Source of the DNA: Malacoraja senta
Taxonomy: Eukaryota
Length of the DNA: 56,369 nt
Assembly (NCBI GenBank): GCA_038087875.1
Contig: JAXLNO010005827.1
Location: 186,001 to 242,369, forward strand
Reading direction: 5' to 3'
Shown: piece by piece, positions 47,750 to 56,369 of the stretch
Position numbering within the stretch: the first letter of the stretch is position 1
Layout: each line of letters begins with the position of its first letter
The notes under the pieces: model-generated
What the model saw: the letters and a program-made list of their open reading frames with translations, nothing else
Told to the model about the DNA's origin: nothing
Databases searched by the model: none
Program-made: the position numbers and the translations under genes

Positions 47750-49142
47750 AATCTTCCTGTTCATCACGGTGTGTGTCTGTATCACCTTGGCTTTGCAACG
47801 TGTGAATTTCAGACAGCGCTCCCCCGCTTGCCCTGGCCCCCGCCTTTGCGATGTGTGTGTGTATGTGTGTCCACTCTGACAGTCGACGCTCCAGTTCCCG
47901 GTTTTTCAGGCGACTGCCGGCAACTTGACAGTCGCCGGCAGTCCGCTGAAAAATCGCCTAAGTGGCACAGGCCCTTAACTATAGCATGTGCTCAGTTTAT
48001 GAAAGACATTTGTTTAAAATATGTGATAAGGAAAATAACAGGAGATCCGTCCTCAACTGGGTGATTTCAGGATGTTTACCCATTTAACACCACAAACCTA
48101 TACTTTTTAGGCATGATGTTGGAGGATTAATACATATTCCCAGACAGCCTACATTTCACGGCAATTCGCTATTGTCAAAACAGACCAAGGACAAATGCCT
48201 TCTCCCTGGGCATACACTCTTGCATGGAATATCTGGATACCATGGTGACTTGCGTCAGACTCCTATTTATTGACAATTGCTCCACCAACATCCTTATCAC
48301 AAACAATTTTTTAAACCTACGAATCTGTACCTCTCTAAAACTAGATCCTTGACATCTTGACTCGTAAACCGATAATTTCAAGTCTTCAATTCTTTTCCTC
48401 AGTATTAGAGTAAATAATTACTTGCTTCTGCGGTTTTATATTACAACTGGAAATTCAGGACAAGGATCTTGCTGTGCAGGGATCTCTGTGCAGGAAGCAG
48501 CCATTGGAGCATGGAAAAGATGGAAATATTAGTGAGTTTTTGCAGGAGAAGCTGAATATGTTTGCACATTGTGGAAGTGAAGTGAGCTGAAAGGCATTAG
48601 CAGGGAATGTTGAGGAAATAGCTTTTCTTTAAACAGGAAGGGGAAGAGAGGTATTTGCCTTTGGAGTGCAACCTCTCTGCTGATGCATGCATGTACCTTT
48701 GTGTAAATTCTTCTTAGGCAGTCCTTTGGGACTGAGGATGACTTACTTCCACTCTAGTTTTGTGTGTTGGAAGGTAACTAATGAGGTCAATGTGGGAAGT
48801 ACAGCTTCTTTCACAGATGGGGGCAAGTGTAGTTTCACCTGCCGGAATATTCACTTTCACCTGGTGGTCCAGTCCTTGTGGGAAAACATTGAGCATTGCA
48901 CACTCACAAATCCTTAATGGAAGCGGGGCAAGGCACTTAGGTGGTTGAAAAGGCATACAGGATATTTTTCTGTATTCCCCAAGACGCAGAATATAAGAGG
49001 AGGGAGGTTATGCCAGGAGTGTAAACAACACTTAATTCACAGGTTAAGTGCCCTGCACATTCCTAGTCACAACATTAGAGGAAATAAATGATTGTACTGG
49101 AGAAAGGCAAAGACGATTTACAAAGGCGTTGCCAGAACTGTG

Positions 49143-50060
49143 TTTGAGTTAAATTTATTGTCATGTGTACCACGGTATAGTGAAAAGCTTTTGTTGCTGT
49201 CTAACTAGTTAGCAGAAAGACATTACATGATTACATTTGAGCCATCCACAGTGTTTAAATACATGATAAAGGGAATAACGTGAATAACGTTTAGTGCAAG
49301 ATTTAGTCAGATCAAATATAGTCCAAGGGTATCCAATGAGGTAGATAGTAGCTCTGAACTGCTCTCTAGTTGTTGGTAGGATGATTCAGTTGCCTCATAA
49401 TAGCTGGGAAGAAACTGTCTCTGAATCTGGAGGTGTGCACTTTCCCACATCTATACCTCATGCCTGATGTGAGAAAAGGGAATGGTGGGGTGGGATAGGA
49501 TGGAATGGAATATTTTGACAATGCTCAGTGAAATTCTTTGCTTGCATACCCAAGGTATACATATAGTCGCCACATATACGGCTCACAAAGTTACAAAATA
49601 CCCACACCGGCTCCTCCATTGTTTTCCCCCCCTTCCCCGCTATGGGTACCTATTTGTTCTCCCCCCCTCCCCCTCCCTCACTGCGGTCCCCTACCTGGTC
49701 CTCCATTGTTTTTCTCCCGACCCCGTCAAGGTAGTTCCCCTGAGCCCTCACCGACCGCCAACCGGGGGTCAACCCGCGAGGCTACACCACCGCCACCGAG
49801 GCTCCACCGCCTCCGAGGCTCCACCGCTACCGAGGTTCCACCGCTGCCACCGAGGCCTCATCGCTGCCGCGAGGCTCCATTGGACCAGGGGGGCTTCACC
49901 GCCCGGCTGCTCCACGGCCTCCCGGGAGACATCTGCCGCCGCAGCCTCCTGGGAACTTGTGGGCGACTCGTCTTTGATTATGTTGGTGGCCTTGCCAAGG
50001 CAGCGTGAGGTGTAAAATGGAGGCAATGGAAGGGAGGTTAGTTTGTGTGATGGTCTGGGC
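49143..50060 (-). mobile_element. Rex1/Babar-like 3' fragment with a nested GC-rich retroposon (~49496-49968)
   Basis: TTTATTGTCA tail. LINE homology breaks at ~49495 and resumes at GTCTTTGATTATGTTGGTGGCC. The insert resembles 45052-45260 and has CCGAGGCTCCACCGC repeats. Confidence 0.6.
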
Positions 50061-51605
50061 TTGAAAAGTATAGCAAGAAGGATAGATGATCTGAGGTTAT
50101 ATTATTGGTTTGAGTTTATTTGTGATAAATTATAGAGCCATTGTTTGCTGTCACCGAAAGGATATTAGAAAGAAAACAGAGAATGCTCAAACACAATTCA
50201 TTCAACGAATTGCATTCACAGAGAGAAACAAAACTCATTCATCGTAGTGGGCTTGATTCAATACCAGGTCTGGTTGTTGAAAGACTTGCTCACACAGAGC
50301 ACAGCAAGACTGATGAACTACCTGTCTCTGTGCACATTTACCTGGACTACTCAAAGTGCCAAATCACAGTATATACTAAGTATTACACAAACCAATGATG
50401 CCTTACAAAGTTTTTTTTTAAAGTGCGAGCCAATAATGAAAACATGTTCTTAATTACTTTCTGTTCTGCAAGGAAACAAACAGAAACACTTAAACATGAA
50501 GAACCATTTCCCAGTCATCCTGTTTAAAAGTATTCCCTGAGTAGAAAGACATTTATTTTGGAGAAGGACAGGAATTGTCATCTGGAGAAAGGGTTATATT
50601 TTTGGAACAGAGGAGGCTGAGGTGTGTCAGAGAACAAGAGTTCTAGATAGAGAAATCACAAGGGACAATTTCTGTTAGCAAAAGGGTGAAAAAGGAAGGC
50701 TTAAACTAAATGTAGTTGGTAGAAAGATGAGAGGGGAGATTTCAAAATCATCTCTCACTCGTGCAGTGGTAAGATTCTTGCACTTGTTGCTTGAAAGAAT
50801 GGTTTATGCTTACTTAAACAGTACTTGAAAATGTACTTGAACAGCTGTGATCCTGGTGTTGGATGGGGAGCGGGGGGGATTGGATTAGCTCTTATTCAGC
50901 TGGCACAGTCACCAGAGTCCAAACACTCGCCTTGTGTGATGTAGAGTTCCAACGATCCTATGAGAATAAATAAATCATGACAACTCCCACTTTAGTATTT
51001 GCTGGAATGCTGAAAGAGATGCTTACATTACTTCATATCAGAACATCAATGGTTAAGTCCAATGCTATTAGGAAAATGATAACATTTCACACCAGGCCTT
51101 TGATCCCATATGGAGCACATTAATAGGAACCCTGCAGATGCAGAAAGTCAGGAACTTAGAAGAAGCTTTTGGCTAGTTCTCATTTTCTGCTTTATCGAAT
51201 CCATGTGGAACTGGATAGATTCAGGGTTGTGCTTGAATAGATCATTTGCGCCCTGCCTAATGCAGTGAAGAAATGCTGAATGATGTGAATGTTGTTACTG
51301 CAGGGATTAGGTGCATGAATAGCAAGCATTGCTGTCACCTGCTTAGCCACAGACAAGTCTGTGCCCTTGGTGAAAAGAGATGGCAAGATAGATTTCAACA
51401 GCTGGCATATCTCTGTCCTGATGCCAGTTTTTTAAAGAAAACACATCCTTCCATTTTTTTCCTAAATACCACTGTGACTACATCTCAAAAAATACCTCAT
51501 CAACTGTAAAGCAGTTTGGACATCCTGACATAGTGACAACTGGTATATAATTCCCAGTGGGTTAGTTTTGCTGTCACTACCTCTATAATAAAGCTAGATA
51601 GATTT

Positions 51606-51951
51606 AGGGCAGCAGAGAGATGCAGCCAAAGGAACTGGTGCATCACAGCTGCCAGTGACCTGGGTTCAATCCTAACCTCGGGCACTGTCTGCATGGAGAT
51701 TGCACATTCTTCCTGTGACCATGTGGGTTTCATCCTGGTGCTCCGGTTTCCTTCCACATCCCAAAAACACATCACAACGTGCAGGTGAGCAGGTTAATTG
51801 GCCACTGAAAACTCCCCCTCGTGTGTGGGTGAACGGTAGAATCTGGGAATAATTGATGGGAATGTGGGGAAAATAAAATAAGATTAGTGTACAATCTGGT
51901 GGACTGAAGGCCCTGTTTCCGTGCTGTGTGACTCTGCCTCTCTGACTCTAT
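51606..51951 (+). mobile_element. Older V-SINE
   Basis: GGTTCAATCC B-box, V-core and CCTGTTTCCGTGCTGTGTGACTCT tail. Confidence 0.8.
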
Positions 51952-54479
51952 GAAATCTTCACAGCTATATATGGATAAAATGCTGCCTGTGCACTATATT
52001 CTCTTGCCATACTCATTGCCTTCCCCGTATGGATCTAGTTTTCCTCCTTTAAGCACAGAATCAAGGAAATCACTCCCTTGAAGCCTCATTTAAATTCTCA
52101 GCAGTTTTCACAGAGAAATCTAATTTGCTGTCAACATGAATGTGATCCCAATGGTGCTGGGTATTATTTATGCATTGGGTGGTAGCAACTTCAGGCAAGG
52201 GCAAATTGCAGATGGGTCACTTTGCCTTCAGTGTTTGAGGATGACATCTTATTGACTCCCTCGTATGAAATAATTGAAAGGTGTGACATTGCTTTCCTTG
52301 TGCTGCAGGTAAAATCTAAACTGGCTCCAGAAAATTAATTATCTTTGAAGATTTCAAAAGTAAATCCTTTATTTTCCCACCTGCCCCTCCCTCCCCTTCC
52401 TCAAGTGTCTTTCACTCTCATTTAGAGACATAGAAACATAGAAAATAGGTACAGGTGTAGGTCATTCGGCCCTTCATTATGATCAATATGATCATGGCTG
52501 ATCATCCACAATCAGTACCGCATTCCTGCTTTTTCACCATATCCCTTGACTCTGTTAGCCATTTTTTTTTTCATATCTAAAAGCCCTGCCTAAAAGTAGC
52601 GACCAGAATCAAAAACGTCAAAAACACAGCAAGGCTAATGGCAGTGGTGGTTGTTTATGGACAAATGGTGTAAAAATTGAGGTGAAGAAGCTCCTTGCCA
52701 ATATCTTTGCTGATTCTGCGTCTCAACCTCATGTACATCCGCCGAAAGACCTCCTTGATCTCCTGCCACAGTTCGGAGGGTGTCAAATGTATCCTCATTA
52801 TTTAATATAAGGAAAAATAAGGGGGAATTACAGATCAAGCCTAACCAATGGATCAAGCACTAAGCCTAATACTAGTAGCGAGAAAAGTACTGGAATCTAA
52901 TATGAAAGTTGTGGTAGCGGAATGTGGAAAATATAAGTGGGATATGAAAAAATTTAAATGGATTTATGAAAGAGACCTCAGACAAAAAACATATTGGAGT
53001 TTTTATGAGGATCTAAAAAAATAAACAAGATATACATTAATTGACCACTTTAAATTAGCCCTAATATGTAAGGTGTGGGATAACATAGAACGGTTCATCG
53101 ACAGCAGGCATGGACTCGGGGGGCCAAAAGGGCCTATTTCTATCTCTAAACTAAATTAAGAAGAGTGAAATGTATTTAGTCTTTTAGAACATTTTTGATA
53201 CAGCTCCACATAAGATTAGTGTGCAAAACCCGCTTCTTGACCCTCAATCCCTCTCCATTCATTGTTTCCCCCACCCTTTAACATTATACTCAATCTGCCT
53301 CTCCGGAATCCTGTTGCTTTGCCTCCTCAGTATGTCCTTGCTCTTGGCTGTCCTTCCTATTTTCCCCCGCCCTTCTGTTTTCCACCAACATCTGCCCAAG
53401 TGCAGGTATCATCAATTGCAAACACTCTCATTCAGAGGTCGAACTTCAAGCCATTGTCGACTCATTCACTGAAATATGAGAATACCAGTCATACACTTGA
53501 CACAAAACGAAGGGCCGTTACCAATTTCTCCCACTGTACAACAATAGATTTCTCATATTACAAAGTTAGGGAAATGTGATCCCATTATTGGATTTAAAAA
53601 TAATAATGAGGATTTAAAAATGAAAGATTTCTTAACCCAAAGCCAACATAGGTCAGCAAGCGGTTTGGGTGCGAGGATTTTGTAAAAATTAAAGAATGGA
53701 GAGAGGAATAAATAGCGAAAATACTGGAAACACTCAACATATCAAGCACCATCTGAGGAAAGAGAAATAGAGTTCATGTTTTAGATCAGAGTCCCTTCAT
53801 CACAACTACAGAGAGAGGAATTAGATGAGTTTCTTCAACAACAAGGGGGGATTGTTGAGAAGAAGCTGCAAGGTCTTTCCTACATGTTGGATCTCTTCCT
53901 AATCATTTAGCCAACTCATTTGGTGGCAGGATTTACGAGCAGCTTGGTTACGATCATTGGCGTCCTTCATTCAGAGTAACTTGTCTACCTTTGGTGCCCT
54001 CATTACTTTTCTAAATACTGGAGTATTTGTTTATCAGCTGATGGTGGTAATCAGTAGCAGGTTACCTTGACCATGATTGCCCTGATTCCATTTAATTTTA
54101 TGGCATCAAAGTCAATTCTGATGACTCTTGGAGTCACAAACTCCCAATGATAAATCACTCTGTGACTACCACTCATAAGTCTAGGCAGCTGGTGGGTCTG
54201 GACATACCCAACAATGCTGATGGAAGAATCTAGAATATTAGCTGATAGCTATTGGTCTGCAAAAATGATTAGTTCAGACTATTGGTTGACTGGTGTCTTT
54301 AAACTTTGAAAAAGTCCCAGCTGTTGACCCCATTGGGTTGAGTATGTCTTTTTTATATCTGAATCACACACCAATTATGTTTATGGTCATTTGCAACAAT
54401 TGGATGCTTGCTGGGTGGTTTTAAAGATAGTTAAGAATCAGCCATGTCAATGCATATAAGTGTATGATATGCAGCATAA

Positions 54480-55700
54480 GGTGTTCATTTACCCTCTCAA
54501 TTCAGCCTCACCATTCAATAAAATCATTAATCTGAACTTTATCTTCCAGCAACATCACCAGATCTCTTAATTCACTGTAAACACAGTGATGGAGGATTTC
54601 AAAGATTCACAACCCTTCGAATTAAGCATTTTTTCCCCTTGTCTGACCCTTTATTATGTGATTAATGATGGCAGCTATAAACTTTCAGTCAGAGGAAATA
54701 TTCTCCCATCACTTACCTAGTCAAGCCTTATAAGAATATTATCCATCAGTAACACCACTTCACATTTTTCTAAATTCCTTTAAGTATATGCCTCGTGTAA
54801 TCTGTGTAACGCAAACATATCCTTCCTTAAATAGGACACCAAAACTGTGTACTGTGCTGCAGGTGTGGTCTCACAAAGATATTTTATAGTTGATGTTATA
54901 CTTGATTTTGTGTAACCTAATTTCTTTAGAACAAAAGCTAATACACCAATGCTTTCCTAATTGCTTGTTATACCTGCAAGTTAACTTGTATACACAAACG
55001 CCTTAGTCCATCTGAACGTGTAATTGCACACTCTCCCAGCATTGAAACAAATATCTTCTGTTTTTCCCCACTAAAGTGAACAAATTCACATTTCTCCACA
55101 ATATTTTCCAATTGTCATGGTCTTGCTCATTTTCTTAATATGTCTACATTTGTTTGCAGCCTCCTCAGGATGGCCTTTCCCATTTGAATTTTGTACCATC
55201 AGCAAACCAGGATACAAAATACATGGCCCTTGCTCCTGCTATTGATATACTGTAGATAGTAAATGGCTGAGGCCCAAGCACTGATCCTTGAGGCACTTCA
55301 CTAGTAACAGCCTGTCAGCCCGGCAATGACCCAGTTATTCCAACTATCTTTTCTCTTCATTTTTAGTCTGTTAAAGAATCCTCAATCCATCCTAATACAA
55401 TTTCCTTAATCCCATGATCCTTAATGATTGTATTGTGCTTACCAAATGCTTTCTTAAAACCCAATATTTTGTTCTGTTTGCTAATCCTTGAATATAAAGA
55501 CTCGAAAATGTTCTCACAGTTTCATCAAACACGTTTCCTTTGTCAGTGATGTTATGATTTCCTTGGTAACATTTCCGACTATTGTCTCTTCTGATGATTA
55601 CTGTTCTTTCCTACTTTTAGTCTCTACCTTTCTTGTTTACAGAGGTTAACTTTGTCACTTCTCAATTGACAGTGGCCATTCTGAAATCTGGGGAATTCTG
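54480..55700 (-). mobile_element. Ancient, highly degenerate CR1 RT fragment
   Basis: Plus strand shows TTTGTACCATCAGCAAA (FADGTK) and GGCCCAAGCACTGATCCTTGAGGCAC (VPQGSVLGP). Confidence 0.65.
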
Positions 55701-55730
55701 GAAAAAAAGACCTAATACAATGCCAAAAAA

Positions 55731-55912
55731 TACACAAAGTGCTGCAGTAATTAAGCAGAATCTCTGGAGAACATGAATAGGTGAAGTTTTGAATCAGGAC
55801 CCTTCTTTAGTCTGAATGACAACCTGAAGAAGGGTCTCGACCCAAAACATCACCTATCCATGTTCTTCAGAGATGATGCCTGATCCATTGAATTAATGCA
55901 GTGCTTTGTGTC
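55731..55912. mobile_element. Palindromic pair of Penelope-like terminal repeats
   Basis: ACACAAAGTGCTGCAGTAATT...TCTCTGGAGAACATGAATAGGTGA is mirrored by TCACCTATCCATGTTCTTCAGAGA...AATTAATGCAGTGCTTTGTGT. Hammerhead-like core at 55824-55851. Confidence 0.75.
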
Positions 55913-56369
55913 TTTTTTTTGTATGAACCAGCATCTATGATTCCTTGTATCTCTTGTTGCAATGTCTATCCATAAATGGTTCTTTTTAAAATCCCAGGTG
56001 GTTGGTTTTCATACACAGAGTATTTGTCAGATTTTGGTCCCATTAATTTCTCCTGTATCATTATTTTGTGAAAATGCAAAATCACATTGTCAGACCGATA
56101 ATTATATTAGGAAGGTGTCAAATAATCTGAAGTGGAAATTATGACTGGCCCCAAACTAGCAACTTGCCTTAACATTAGTCGGAGAGCGTAGGTATGCAGT
56201 GGAAAGTGTCTGGGAAATTGAGGGTGGTTTACACAGAAGTTTGCACCAAGAAGGAGGGGTCATCTTTGTAGATGGATGATGAATAGCTAAGAGCCTGCAT
56301 TGTTGCTGTGGGATGGCAGAGCTATCCTTTTCTTCGTTCCGAGATAGATGTCCCTGGATAAAGGGAGAT

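Larger units (their letters stand above)
45855..47975. mobile_element. Harbinger-type non-autonomous element containing a CR1 insertion
   Basis: TAA|TGGGTCTGTCCCACTTAGGTGACTTTTT ... AAAAATCGCCTAAGTGGCACAGGCCCT|TAA. Confidence 0.82.

Noticed and set aside
49482-50026. Pro-rich 156-177 aa ORFs
   Set aside because: They lie across a GC-rich tandem-repeat retroposon insert and have no domain signature.

Overview
Eukaryotic, repeat-saturated genomic DNA. The repeat complement (HE1-type V-SINEs, HER1/CR1 LINEs, Rex1/Babar LINEs, Penelope-derived repeats) points to a cartilaginous fish, probably a skate or ray (inference). I found no host protein-coding gene, rRNA, tRNA gene or CRISPR array; every recognisable ORF is a transposon remnant. 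Main contents: (i) a ~3.8 kb minus-strand CR1-group LINE with a 2A/StopGo-like motif, PHD finger, APE endonuclease and RT (10.7-14.5 kb); (ii) a multi-layer nest at 18.0-25.3 kb, in which a SINE is split by a Harbinger element and a Rex1, that Rex1 holds an antisense Rex1, and that in turn holds a TIR element; (iii) a PBS-Pro endogenous retrovirus remnant (28.7-38 kb) carrying a composite retroposon, an L1 end, a TIR element with a 7-bp TSD, and a second, PBS-Arg LTR element inside its gag; (iv) a DIRS tyrosine-recombinase element with a Dam-like methyltransferase domain (38.8-42.5 kb); (v) a non-autonomous Helitron, four Harbinger-type elements and Penelope repeats with decayed hammerhead-ribozyme cores. 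All family assignments are by eye from motifs. Boundaries without a stated TSD or TIR are approximate.
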